A stretch of 64,000 bases of DNA from Candidatus Hydrogenedentota bacterium (GTDB taxonomy: Bacteria; Hydrogenedentota; Hydrogenedentia; Hydrogenedentales; SLHB01): positions 4,206-68,205 of the forward strand of contig JACQVH010000157.1 of NCBI GenBank assembly GCA_016209895.1, written 5' to 3'. Positions 1 to 9,337 of the stretch are shown piece after piece. The position numbers and the translations under genes are program-made. The notes beneath the pieces are model-generated. The model searched no databases, was not told the origin of the DNA, and worked only from the letters and a program-made list of their open reading frames with translations. Each line of letters opens with the position of its first letter. Position 1 is the first letter of the stretch.

Positions 1-4
1 TAAG

Positions 5-40
5 GCCGAGTCTGCGCAAAACGCCTTCGGCTTTTTGTTT
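5..40 (+). terminator. Putative rho-independent terminator (stem GCCGAG/CUUCGGC incl. one G-U, then UUUUUGUUU) for a gene upstream of the window
   Basis: Hairpin followed by T-run read directly in sequence at window start. Confidence 0.3.
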
Positions 41-141
41 CGTTTTCGGTTCAATACGCGCGTGAACGACGGCTGTTTTCATGTGGATGTTGTATCACGT
101 ATGCAACACACAGTCAAGCTTTGGCGGTCGCTCCCGTCGCC

Positions 142-999
142 TTAACGCGCGTTGACGTCTACGGTCTTGTCGTCTTTCACGTTGAGGAAGTCGCGTTGCG
201 CGTGGACTTCGAGGCCCTTGGCTTTGATGGCGGAGTCCGGCACTTTGACCAGGGGTGTATAGCGTGGATGGTGGCTTTCCCGGTAGGGGTTGTTGTGCTT
301 GGTGTTGTAGCAACAGATGAGCGCAAGTCGCGGCCGGTCCGAGCGGTTCTGGTCCGAACGGTGCAATAGGTTCGAGTGAAAAAACAGCGTATCGCCGGGG
401 GCCATCTCGCAGTAGACCAATTCAAGGAGCTTCATCGCCTGTTCGACCCGCTCCGGGTCGGCTCCGGTCTGGCTGCCGACACGGAGATGTTCCACGCGGC
501 CCATTTTGTGCGAACCTTTGAGCACCTGTAAGCACCCGTTCTCGCGGGCGGCACGGTCCACGGCGATCATGGCGCTGGCCATGTCGGGGAAGAGGCAGGC
601 GTTCTGATACCAGTAGCCGTAGTCCTGATGCCAGGTCCACGCCCCGCCGGTTCGCGGCTCTTTCAACATCACTTTGGAATGATAATGATACACCTCGTCG
701 TCCAGGAGTTGTTCCATCGAGTTCACCACGCGCTCGCACCGCGAGAACATGCCGTACAGGTCATCCGAAGGCTGATTCCACAGGGTCAGGCGCGACGTGC
801 CGCCTTCGCCATCTTGCAGCGAGATGGCGTGCCGGACCAGCGTCGGGTCTCGGTCGCAGGCCTGCTGGAGCAGGTCAATCTCCTCTTCGTCGAACAGTCT
901 TTCAACGATCAGATACCCGGTATCGTGGAATTCAGCGACTTGGCGCGAACTCAAACCCGGAAAACCCATCGTTCCACTCCTCTCTGGCAATTCGACCAA
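142..999 (-). CDS. Phytanoyl-CoA dioxygenase (PhyH) family Fe(II)/2-oxoglutarate-dependent oxygenase
   Basis: WHQDYGYW (HxD) and distal FFHSNLLHRS...R motifs; ~285 aa typical of PhyH/ectoine-hydroxylase-like proteins. Confidence 0.75.
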   Translation of the reverse strand: MVELPERSGTMGFPGLSSRQVAEFHDTGYLIVERLFDEEEIDLLQQACDRDPTLVRHAISLQDGEGGTSRLTLWNQPSDDLYGMFSRCERVVNSMEQLLDDEVYHYHSKVMLKEPRTGGAWTWHQDYGYWYQNACLFPDMASAMIAVDRAARENGCLQVLKGSHKMGRVEHLRVGSQTGADPERVEQAMKLLELVYCEMAPGDTLFFHSNLLHRSDQNRSDRPRLALICCYNTKHNNPYRESHHPRYTPLVKVPDSAIKAKGLEVHAQRDFLNVKDDKTVDVNAR

Positions 1000-1181
1000 G
1001 AATCCGTATCGCGGGGCGCTTATCTGCTGAACACGCGTTACTGGGTACGAACGTACCGCAGAGTAAACACTGGCACACCCAGGCCTGAATTCCCGATGCC
1101 AATTTGCACTCGGAAAAAGATCCCCTCCCTTGTAGACACTGACGCCAAGGCCGTGTAGAATTCAGGTGAGGAGATACCAAC

Positions 1182-1700
1182 ATGAGTGGCACCAAAACCG
1201 GTGGCGGCGAGCATGGCACGCATCGAGCCAAGGAATACACAGACCTGCTCGAGAAAGCGATGAGCCAGCCGGGAATACAAGTGGTCATGGCGGTCTACGA
1301 AAATTGGAAGCGATTCGACGCTGCCATACAGCCGCACCGTCAAGTCATGGCTGTGAGAAGGATCGTGTTCAAAGCGGACCCAGACCGGAGGGAGAAAGCA
1401 CGTGATGTTGCTAATTGGCTATCTTCTCATGGCCGCTTCAAGAGCCATAGCGGGCACATTCCCCGATCAGAATTGGAAAAGAAGGGATTGAAGATCGATT
1501 ATCTCGAGCGTGATCAGAACTTGCAGGATTGCCTGCTGTCAGTGTTTCACGCGACCACCCATACTTTTAACGGTACGTCTGAAGTCAAGATAATCGAGAA
1601 TCATTTGGGAAAGGCTTTTATCAAACAGTCTCAGGCGTTGCTCGTTCCTCTTTCCAATCCACAAGGTCTCCCGCAGCCACCCGCTCCGGAGCCAGGATAA
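1182..1700 (+). CDS. Hypothetical protein, markedly lower GC (~50%) than neighbours
   Basis: 172-aa ORF divergent from PhyH gene; protein-like composition; no recognisable domain; lower GC suggests foreign origin. Confidence 0.4.
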   Translation: MSGTKTGGGEHGTHRAKEYTDLLEKAMSQPGIQVVMAVYENWKRFDAAIQPHRQVMAVRRIVFKADPDRREKARDVANWLSSHGRFKSHSGHIPRSELEKKGLKIDYLERDQNLQDCLLSVFHATTHTFNGTSEVKIIENHLGKAFIKQSQALLVPLSNPQGLPQPPAPEPG

Positions 1701-1893
1701 TTGCCTTTGCAGGTTACCGTTATGGGGCGGGTACGTGCTTCTGAGAGTTTGTCTTGTATCTTGGCAGTTCTCCGGAAAGCTAATCGAGACCCAAGTACCG
1801 GCCTTTTTTTGACCCGCAACCCGTTCCACTACTAGTCTTAGGGTCAAAGCGGCGTTTAGGGGAATTGGGCCCGTCATCCAAGAGGGAGTCGTC

Positions 1894-2412
1894 ATGACGA
1901 AGCATCGTACGGATTATATCTCGTGGGCGGATTATTTCATGGGAATTGCGATTTTGTCGGCGCATCGCAGCAAGGACCCGAGTTCGCAGGTGGGCGCGTG
2001 CATCGTGAATGCTCAAAACCGGATTGTGGGGATCGGCTATAACGGCTTTCCGACCGGGTGCAGCGATGAGGAGTTGCCTTGGAACCGCGAGGCCCAAAGC
2101 TCCTATGACACCAAATATCCGTACGTTTGCCACGCCGAACTTAACGCCATCTTGAACACGAACACCGCGAACCTGAAGGGCTGCCGCATGTACGTCACGC
2201 TTTTCCCTTGCTGCGAGTGCACGAAGCTTATCATCCAGGGCGGCATCTCCAAGATCATCTACTTGAGTGATAAGTACCACGACACGGATAGTGTCAGGGC
2301 CGCGCGGCGCATGCTGGATATGGCGGGAATGGAATATGAGGCGTTCGACCCCGGAATGGACCGGATCGTGATTGACTTTGCGAAGGAAGCCGAGGCTGCG
2401 ACCAAGGTTTAG
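1894..2412 (+). CDS. dCMP (deoxycytidylate) deaminase, zinc-dependent CDA fold
   Basis: CHAELNAI and PCCECTKLI zinc-binding motifs; RBS GGGAG upstream of ATG. Confidence 0.8.
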   Translation: MTKHRTDYISWADYFMGIAILSAHRSKDPSSQVGACIVNAQNRIVGIGYNGFPTGCSDEELPWNREAQSSYDTKYPYVCHAELNAILNTNTANLKGCRMYVTLFPCCECTKLIIQGGISKIIYLSDKYHDTDSVRAARRMLDMAGMEYEAFDPGMDRIVIDFAKEAEAATKV

Positions 2413-2515
2413 TGTCGGAGTATTGGACATCCCCCGGCCCTATGGGGCACCCCCTTCGAAGGAGGACTGAATAGCAGGCCCCCCGTATACTTTGATGCGG
2501 GGACAAGCATGAACT

Positions 2516-2612
2516 TCGATTACGATTGGCGATTACGATCCTCGATTACGATTCCCGATTACGAGCACGCGCACGAATCTCGATTATGAAGCTCGATTAC
2601 GATTATGAGCTG
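2516..2612. repeat. Array of ~6 tandem (T)CGATTACGAt(t) units (period ~13-14 bp); copy 1 of a dispersed ~80-100 bp element
   Basis: Read directly: cgattacgattgg/cgattacgatcc/tcgattacgattcc/cgattacgagc.../tcgattatgaagc/tcgattacgattatgagc; inverted copy at 59291-59365. Confidence 0.7.
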
Positions 2613-2691
2613 AAAGGCGGAAGAAGTTTCGCTGCATCGCACATCATGGCAGAGTCAAGAGGAATCGCGGGAACGGTGAAAGCCTTAGGTC

Positions 2692-3840
2692 ATGCCGCAA
2701 CGGAGCTATGATGTGATTGTGTTGGGGTTGGGGGGTATGGGTAGTGCTGCGCTGTATCATCTAGCGAAGCGGGGCGCGCGGATATGCGGGGTTGAACGGC
2801 TCGGGGTGGCGCATGATCGCGGGAGTTCGCACGGTTCGCTGCGCATGATCCGCAAGGCGTACTTCGAGCATCCGGACTACATTCCGTTGGTCGAGCGGGC
2901 ATACGAACTGTGGCGGGCACTCGAAGTCGAGAGCGGGAAGTCGTTACTGACCGAATGCGGACTGCTGTTGTCGGGCAGGCCGGACTTCACGCTAATTCGC
3001 GGACTCGAGGAGTGTTATGGCCAGCATGACCTGCCGCATGAACGCCTCACGGCCGGCGAGGCCATGCGGCGGTATCCACAATTCCGGTTGCCGGAAGACC
3101 ATGCCGCTTTCTGGGACCCGGTGGGTGGATATCTGCGCGTCGAGGAGTGTGTCGCGACGCACCTCGCATTGGCGCAACTGCACGGCGCTGACGTGCTGGC
3201 TCACGAGGACGTACTATCGTGGAGTTCAGCAGACGATCTCGTCACGGTAACGACGGACCAGCGCACGCTGCAAGCGAAGTGCCTCGTGCTGACCGCGGGT
3301 GCGTGGATGGGCGCCGTTTTCGCAGAGTTACGGGCGCCGTTCCGGGTGTTGCGCAAGGTTCAATTGTGGTACGATTCGCCGAACCGCGCGAGGTACGAGG
3401 CGGGAGCATTTCCGGGGTTTTACGTGGATACAGACTATGGGGGCTTCTATGGCTTTCCAGCAGTGGACGAGACCGGTATGAAGATTGCCGAGCATACCGG
3501 TGGGGAGGAGGTCTCAAATCCTGACGAGTTGGATCGTGGCTTGCACTCCCAGGACGAGGCGAAGATTCTAAAGTTTCTCGGCGAGACATTCCTGGGAATG
3601 CAACCGCGAAGGACGAAATTCAGCGCGTGCATGTACTCGATGAGCGCGGACGGGAATTTCATAGTTGATCGCCACGCCCGTTTTGCGAACGTGGTCTTGG
3701 CGGGCGGATTTTCCGGCCACGGGTTTAAGTTTGCATCGGTCATCGGCGAAATTCTTACGGACTTGGCCCTGGAAGGCAGGACCCGACATCCCGTCGAGTT
3801 TCTAGGCTTGAGTCGTTTCGCGAATCATGCGGCGCGGTGA
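2692..3840 (+). CDS. solA: FAD-dependent N-methyl-L-tryptophan oxidase / monomeric sarcosine oxidase family (MSOX/MTOX; could be a fructosyl-amine oxidase-like)
   Basis: N-terminal DVIVLGLGGMGSA dinucleotide fold; C-terminal GGFSGHGFKFASVIGEI closely matches E. coli SolA GLSGHGFKFASVLGEI. Confidence 0.8.
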   Translation: MPQRSYDVIVLGLGGMGSAALYHLAKRGARICGVERLGVAHDRGSSHGSLRMIRKAYFEHPDYIPLVERAYELWRALEVESGKSLLTECGLLLSGRPDFTLIRGLEECYGQHDLPHERLTAGEAMRRYPQFRLPEDHAAFWDPVGGYLRVEECVATHLALAQLHGADVLAHEDVLSWSSADDLVTVTTDQRTLQAKCLVLTAGAWMGAVFAELRAPFRVLRKVQLWYDSPNRARYEAGAFPGFYVDTDYGGFYGFPAVDETGMKIAEHTGGEEVSNPDELDRGLHSQDEAKILKFLGETFLGMQPRRTKFSACMYSMSADGNFIVDRHARFANVVLAGGFSGHGFKFASVIGEILTDLALEGRTRHPVEFLGLSRFANHAAR

Positions 3841-5014
3841 TTCTGACAAGCGCCACGTTGCAAACTCGGAGAGTCAGAAATTCTCTCGTCGAGGGTTTCT
3901 GAAATCTTCCGGACGGGCCGTGGTGGGAGTGATCGGAACCAACATAGGGTGGAGATCCTCGTCGTCATCCAGTCGGAGTACGGAAGTGTTGTCGGACGAA
4001 GAGAGCATGAGCATGCTTGAGAAGATCAGAACGCCGTTCAAATGGCAAAGACTAGTTCTGGAACCTTCCTATACCCCAAGCGCGTTCGACAGTCTCGCGG
4101 TAGACGCGCCGTTTGTCTTCAGCCATGACGGCCGGTACTACATGACCTTCATCGGATACGACGGTATTGGCTATCGGACGGGACTGGCCGTGTCCGACGA
4201 CCTCTTGGAGTGGACGAAGGAGCGAGTGATCGTGGACCGTGGGCCGAAAGGAAGCTTCAACGAGTTCAATGGGGCGCTGACGTGGATTCTACGCGAAAAC
4301 GAACTGTTCGGTTCGGGACAAATCAGGAAGGTGCGAGGCCGGTTCCTGGGTACATACCACGCCTATCCACGTGCCGGTTACGAAGAAGGCCCGGCCGTCA
4401 TTGGCCTATGCCGGAGTGGGAATCTTCGCTCCTGGGAACTTGAGGAACCGGCGTTATGTGCGTCCGACTCGAACGCGAGCGAATGGGAACGGGGTGGACT
4501 TTACAAATCATGCATATTGCAGCACCGGGGTCGGTATTACCTCTTTTACAATGCGAAGGACACCCCCGAGAACTGGGTCGAACAGATCGGCGTCGCCACA
4601 TCCAGCGATTTGCAGCACTGGACGCGGTACGCCGGCAATCCGATAATTTCGGTAGGATCGCCCGGTCGCTTCGATGACCGCTTTTGCAGCGACCCGTATG
4701 TCGTACGCCACGGGGAAGTCTGGCTTATGTTCTTCTACACTTTGTCGAGCGATGGGAAGGCACGCGACACGGTGGCTTTCTCCCGTGACTTGCTGCACTG
4801 GGAGAAATCCAACGAGATTCTAATCGAGCCTGGACCTCCGGGAAGCATTGACGCCCGCTACGCGCACAAACCTTCGGTATTCGTCAAAGGCGGGACGTTT
4901 TACCACTTTTATTGCGCGGTGTCGCCAGACGAAAGAAAGATCGGTGACCTGGACCTTAGTGAGTGCCGCGGCATCGCAGTGGCAGCGTCGAGACCAGTGG
5001 GACCTTCTACGTAG
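3827..5014 (+). CDS. Tat-secreted five-bladed beta-propeller glycoside hydrolase (GH130/GH43/GH32-like)
   Basis: Twin-arginine motif SRRGFLKSSGRAVVGVIG; repeated blade motifs GRYYMTF, GRYYLFYNAKD, GEVWLMFFY, GTFYHFYCA; adjacent AGE epimerase fits GH130 pairing. Confidence 0.5.
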   Translation: MRRGDSDKRHVANSESQKFSRRGFLKSSGRAVVGVIGTNIGWRSSSSSSRSTEVLSDEESMSMLEKIRTPFKWQRLVLEPSYTPSAFDSLAVDAPFVFSHDGRYYMTFIGYDGIGYRTGLAVSDDLLEWTKERVIVDRGPKGSFNEFNGALTWILRENELFGSGQIRKVRGRFLGTYHAYPRAGYEEGPAVIGLCRSGNLRSWELEEPALCASDSNASEWERGGLYKSCILQHRGRYYLFYNAKDTPENWVEQIGVATSSDLQHWTRYAGNPIISVGSPGRFDDRFCSDPYVVRHGEVWLMFFYTLSSDGKARDTVAFSRDLLHWEKSNEILIEPGPPGSIDARYAHKPSVFVKGGTFYHFYCAVSPDERKIGDLDLSECRGIAVAASRPVGPST

Positions 5015-5044
5015 CTTCCGTTCAGAACGAGGAATCTTCGGAAT

Positions 5045-6313
5045 ATGCAGCTAAATTCGGACATCAGAACCCGGCTCCAGCTCATTTGCGAACGGGCGGA
5101 ATCGAATCTCTCTGACAACCTCATGCCGTTTTGGGCAAACCACACTTGGGACACGGAGTACGGCGGCTTCCTGACACGGCTGGACCAGAGAGGCCGAAGG
5201 CTGGAAACAGACGAAAAGATACTGATTATGCAGGTTCGCATGATCGCGAGTCTTTCGCTGGCGCATCGTTTTGGTCTCAACGATAGAGGTTACCTGGAAC
5301 TGGCTGGAAAGGGATTCGATTTCCTCGTCAGAAACATGTGGGACCCACAAGAGGGCGGGTTCTATTTCTCAGTAACCCGAGATGGGAAGGCGAAAAGCCA
5401 GCGGAAAAACACCGATTTTCATGCTTACGCAATACTCGGATTGACGGAATATTATCGCGCTTCCGGTCGGAAAGAGCCGTTGGAATGGGCCGAGCGCGTT
5501 TTCGATTTACTTCTGACGAAGGCCGCTGACAGAGACCGGGGTTTTATCGAGGACTTCGACGACGCTACGTGGCCGGTATTGAACGACGACCAAATGAATC
5601 TCGGCGGTCGGCAGGGAATCAAAACGATTGACATGCATACCAACGTAATGGAAGCGTTCATGTATTTATCCCGCGTCACACATTCGCCTCGGCACTTGGA
5701 GGCGCTAAGAAATGTGGTAACTCTTGTCAAGGAGAAGGGCATTCATACGGAACATGGATGCAGTATCACAGCGCTTGATTATGACTGGAACCCGATCCCT
5801 GATGGCAGGGGAAAAACGACAACCTCGTATGGCCTGAACGCGGAAATAGCGTGGCTGATGCTGGAAGCCGTGGACGTACTGCAGGAGCGGCGCGAGAGAT
5901 ACCGCAGAACCATTTTGGTGTTGGTTGACCATGCGCTCGAGTTTGGATTCGATCACGAGCGTGGGGGACTTGCGGCGTACGGTCCCATGGCCGGTCGCGT
6001 GACCGAGGCCACAGACTTGAACGAGAACCGTCTGCTCAAAACCTGGTGGGCCCAGGCGGAAATGCTGAATGCTCTAGTTGATGTGTATCAATGGACCGAG
6101 CATCCGAGATATCTGGAGGCATTCATCAAGCTCTTTGATTGGATTTGGACCTTTCAGATCGACCACGAGTACGGGGACTGGTATCAAGAAACGTTTTGGG
6201 ACAGCGGCCAAGCCGTCACAACGCACAAGGGCGGGGAATGGAAGACCGCATTCCATGCCAGCCGGGCGCTGGTGCGCGTTGCGACCACGTTGAGGAAGAT
6301 GTTGGCTGAGTGA
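5045..6313 (+). CDS. N-acylglucosamine 2-epimerase (AGE) family protein (cellobiose/mannose 2-epimerase-like)
   Basis: (alpha/alpha)6-barrel AGE-like sequence, 422 aa, WANHTWDTEYGGF start region typical of AGE/CE family. Confidence 0.7.
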   Translation: MQLNSDIRTRLQLICERAESNLSDNLMPFWANHTWDTEYGGFLTRLDQRGRRLETDEKILIMQVRMIASLSLAHRFGLNDRGYLELAGKGFDFLVRNMWDPQEGGFYFSVTRDGKAKSQRKNTDFHAYAILGLTEYYRASGRKEPLEWAERVFDLLLTKAADRDRGFIEDFDDATWPVLNDDQMNLGGRQGIKTIDMHTNVMEAFMYLSRVTHSPRHLEALRNVVTLVKEKGIHTEHGCSITALDYDWNPIPDGRGKTTTSYGLNAEIAWLMLEAVDVLQERRERYRRTILVLVDHALEFGFDHERGGLAAYGPMAGRVTEATDLNENRLLKTWWAQAEMLNALVDVYQWTEHPRYLEAFIKLFDWIWTFQIDHEYGDWYQETFWDSGQAVTTHKGGEWKTAFHASRALVRVATTLRKMLAE

Positions 6314-6321
6314 CTGCAAAC

Positions 6322-6388
6322 GCCTGACGGCGTCACTACGAACCTGGCGATCACCGAGGACGCAGTTTGTAGTGTGCCCGTCAGGGCA
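6322..6388. terminator. Nested imperfect hairpin (outer CCTGACGG/CCGTCAGG, inner CACTACgAAC/GTTtGTAGTG) between convergent genes; putative bidirectional terminator
   Basis: Inverted repeats read directly between AGE gene end (6313) and minus-strand gene end (6394). Confidence 0.4.
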
Positions 6389-6393
6389 TAACC

Positions 6394-9012
6394 TCACGGT
6401 CTTGCCGTCCAGGGCATTTTTTCTTTTCGCATCAGCCATATTTCCTGTAGACCGGTAATGGCCAGCCGGTCGGATTTAGGAACCATTGAAATTTGAACGT
6501 GTCCATCTTTTGTGATGGCCCGTGGGAGATCGAATTCGTAAAGGGCGATGTCGCCCATAGGAATTGGGAATCCGTCGCTAATCACCTGGCCATCCGCCTC
6601 GAGGCCTTCCGCCAGCTTAATCCCCTGCAGCATGGACATCTCCTCGTCCAGATGGCCGCCGACCGACACGCGCACGACATATTGCGCTTTCGGGCTCAAA
6701 CCGTCGTAAACGAAGGACACGCCGCGTCCGGGTGTTCCGAACGTGTAGGCCAGGTTGTAGTGCGATAGTTTGGCGGGACCCGGGAAGGGCATGAAGCCCC
6801 AAAGTGTGTCGCCGAAAACGAGATGCTCGGACTTTTCAGGCCAACCGAGATCATCGTAGTAACCGCCGGGTCCTGGTTCCGCGTAGTGGAGCACCATCTT
6901 CGCGGCGTTGCGCATCTTCCGTTCACTCTCTGTCGCTAGGGCATCCTGAAGGGCCTTCTTCCACCAGCCGACCTCAGTCAAGTCCAGCTTTTCGATGAGG
7001 AAGCACGCGGGTTCACGATATCCGATGATATTGTTGGATTCCTCGCCCACAGCCTTTGCTTCATCCATGACGGCCTTCATTTGAGCGGTTTCCAGTGGCT
7101 GCGCCAACAGTTCGAGCGCTTCAGTCAAATCCGCGGCAGGGTTCTTGGATTTCGCGATGCGACGGAGTATTTGGGCGGCCGCATCCTTCAACTCGCGACC
7201 TCGCTGTAGCTCCAATTGGAGGTAACGATCGGTGAGCGCCTTTTGAAGAATGACGCGCCAGCGATAGTCATGCTTGAGCAAATTTTCGGGAATCCGCCGC
7301 CCTGCGGACCGGAGTAACTCGACTGCCTTAGCGATTCCCGGATTGTCAATCACCGGTCGGTCGAGCGTCTCTTCCATCAGGAAGATCGCTTGGCTTATCT
7401 CCTCCTGCGCCTGTGGGCCAAACCAGTATCGGCAATACTCCTTGGTGACATACTCCGCATCTTGGTTCGGGTCCCAGAGCGACCGGTACCAGAACCACTT
7501 GTTGAAGTCGTCGTGCATACCCTCACTGTAATGCATGTCGCCAACCGCGTAGTGAAGGATTTCTTGGGCTACCGCGTGAAAGTTGTTGGGGCGAGCATTC
7601 CATGACCGCCGATCATAGACGGCAGCCAAGGCCACATCCGGGTGTGGGACCGCGAATTGGGCCTGCATCCAATGGGTGACGTCGGTGTACAGGGCGATGG
7701 TTGTGGCTCGCGGAAGTTCATGGTGCATGAACTTGAGGTAGTTGCCGAGCGGCCCGAATCCCTCGTATTCAAACCAGCGCGGATTAACCGGACCGCGAAT
7801 ATACTCTTGCATTTCGTCGGCACCCGGCCCGTACCGTATCGCGTAAAGCCAACTCGAATCCGTACTGTTCAGATAGTCAAAAATGGCTTGGTTGCCTTCG
7901 TTGGTCAGGTCCTGATTGGTGGCCAGAACTTTCGTATTTGGATGATACTTGTGAAGAATATCGGCAATATCGTGGACGAGGCGGATATACTTGTCTCCCC
8001 AAGGCATGCATCTGTCGCAGCGGCACCCGCCTTCGTCGCCGGAGTTCGTTGTGAAGAAGTCGTAGTCGGGCATCTCGCGGAACATCTTGTCAAAAGAATC
8101 GAGCAGCGCCTGCCTCGCTTCGGGAATCGAGGGGCAGACGTATTTGGGCGAGCGTCCACCGTCCGCGCTCCATTCCTTGGGAAACCCGGCCGGCATCTCA
8201 TTGGCCGTCCGCCCGAACACCGTCATCATGCCATACGAATGCACATAGTCAGGCTCCCCTTCGAAGATATTCGTACCCAGCAGCATCAAATCTTCCATAA
8301 CTTCTTGAAGCTCTTCCGCCGTCTGTGGACGCAAGTTCCCATATTGCCGGGCGCGGCTCCCGGGACCGGTCGGTCTTCCGCCGCGCAGCGGAAACGCGGG
8401 CTTCTCGCTGTGGTTGCCGATGTAGCCGGGAAACCACAGGGCATCCGGCCAGAACGTAATGGCTCGGAGCAACCAGCCGACGCCGTAAATCGTGCCGCGT
8501 TCATCCGCCCCCGCGACAACGATCACATTTTTGCCGTCAAAAACCCTAAGTTTGGCGGGAACATCCTCGAAGCCCGGTTGCACTGCACGGGGCGAAACGT
8601 AGCGGGACTTTACCGCGAAACCTTCCGGATGGATTTGGTCAGAGTTTGGAAGGACAGGCAAGCGCATATCCAGCCAGGCCATCAGTTCTGACAAGTATCG
8701 GTGATGGCCGCGCGAGCCAACCACGAGCACCAACTCTGCTTTCTTCAGGACCTTTTGAAGATTCGGGACATCCTCTCGGACAATCTCGACCGTGACGCCG
8801 CTCCGCTTCAGGATACGCGCTTGGAGAATCTCGGCCGCCTTCACTTCCGGAATGGTGCTTTGTTCTCCGGTCACGATTGCCAATGCCTTGAAGGAAGGGG
8901 CCACCTCGCTGGTACGCACTTGGCCAAATACCGAGGCACCTGAGACCCAGAGACTGCCAATTAGCACCGCGAAGATAACCAAGAAAAGGGTACTCACGAA
9001 TCGCTTGTTCAT
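6394..9012 (-). CDS. Large secreted protein, probable glycoside hydrolase-like (N-terminal alpha/beta domain reminiscent of GH115/GH67/GH89/GH20 N-domains)
   Basis: Signal peptide MNKRFVSTLFLVIFAVLIGSLWVSGASVFG; 872 aa; family assignment by loose similarity only. Confidence 0.4.
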   Translation of the reverse strand: MNKRFVSTLFLVIFAVLIGSLWVSGASVFGQVRTSEVAPSFKALAIVTGEQSTIPEVKAAEILQARILKRSGVTVEIVREDVPNLQKVLKKAELVLVVGSRGHHRYLSELMAWLDMRLPVLPNSDQIHPEGFAVKSRYVSPRAVQPGFEDVPAKLRVFDGKNVIVVAGADERGTIYGVGWLLRAITFWPDALWFPGYIGNHSEKPAFPLRGGRPTGPGSRARQYGNLRPQTAEELQEVMEDLMLLGTNIFEGEPDYVHSYGMMTVFGRTANEMPAGFPKEWSADGGRSPKYVCPSIPEARQALLDSFDKMFREMPDYDFFTTNSGDEGGCRCDRCMPWGDKYIRLVHDIADILHKYHPNTKVLATNQDLTNEGNQAIFDYLNSTDSSWLYAIRYGPGADEMQEYIRGPVNPRWFEYEGFGPLGNYLKFMHHELPRATTIALYTDVTHWMQAQFAVPHPDVALAAVYDRRSWNARPNNFHAVAQEILHYAVGDMHYSEGMHDDFNKWFWYRSLWDPNQDAEYVTKEYCRYWFGPQAQEEISQAIFLMEETLDRPVIDNPGIAKAVELLRSAGRRIPENLLKHDYRWRVILQKALTDRYLQLELQRGRELKDAAAQILRRIAKSKNPAADLTEALELLAQPLETAQMKAVMDEAKAVGEESNNIIGYREPACFLIEKLDLTEVGWWKKALQDALATESERKMRNAAKMVLHYAEPGPGGYYDDLGWPEKSEHLVFGDTLWGFMPFPGPAKLSHYNLAYTFGTPGRGVSFVYDGLSPKAQYVVRVSVGGHLDEEMSMLQGIKLAEGLEADGQVISDGFPIPMGDIALYEFDLPRAITKDGHVQISMVPKSDRLAITGLQEIWLMRKEKMPWTARP

Positions 9013-9154
9013 CGTTGATTCTCCCCACATAATCCGACCTTAGCCTTCCTATTCAGGAGCAGTCTAACAGGTTGTCTATACACCGCCAAATGCCGTCGTC
9101 CGTTCGAGAAGCGTTCAGATGTGAAGCTCACATTTCGAATGGAAGTCATACGCC

Positions 9155-9189
9155 CGTTGCAAATGGGCGCTACATCGGGCACTACATCT
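9155..9189. repeat. Three direct repeats GGGC(G/A)CTACA at 12-13 bp period upstream of putA
   Basis: gggcgctaca(9155) gggcactaca(9167) gggcgctaca(9180) read directly; GTTGCA motif just upstream (9146-9151). Confidence 0.6.
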
Positions 9190-9337
9190 GGGCGCTACAA
9201 TTTCCTGACGGTTTTCCGTGCCGTGGAAGCCCGCTGATTCGCGGGCGGAACAGGAATATTGCATCGGGCGGCGGCGTAATTCTTTGATGAAGGAACCGGT
9301 GCGCTGCCGCGCATAGGCGAATCGGAGAATTAAAACT

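Noticed and set aside
1894-2412. dCMP deaminase as a nucleotide-depletion anti-phage defence gene
   Set aside because: It is a small (172 aa) canonical CDA-fold enzyme without the kinase/sensor fusions of the defensive dCTP deaminases, so it is more likely housekeeping.
2516-2612. Possible CRISPR array
   Set aside because: The units are only 13-14 bp with no unique spacers and no cas genes, so it is not CRISPR.
2526-2711. 61-aa ORF with DYD repeats
   Set aside because: It is a translation artefact of the CGATTACGA tandem repeats.
7642-8691. 349-aa plus-strand ORF
   Set aside because: It is antisense to the 872-aa secreted GH-like gene, which has a far better coding signature.
9146-9151. 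GTTGCA as a PutA autoregulatory operator
   Set aside because: This PutA lacks the N-terminal ribbon-helix-helix DNA-binding domain, so self-repression through this motif is unlikely.
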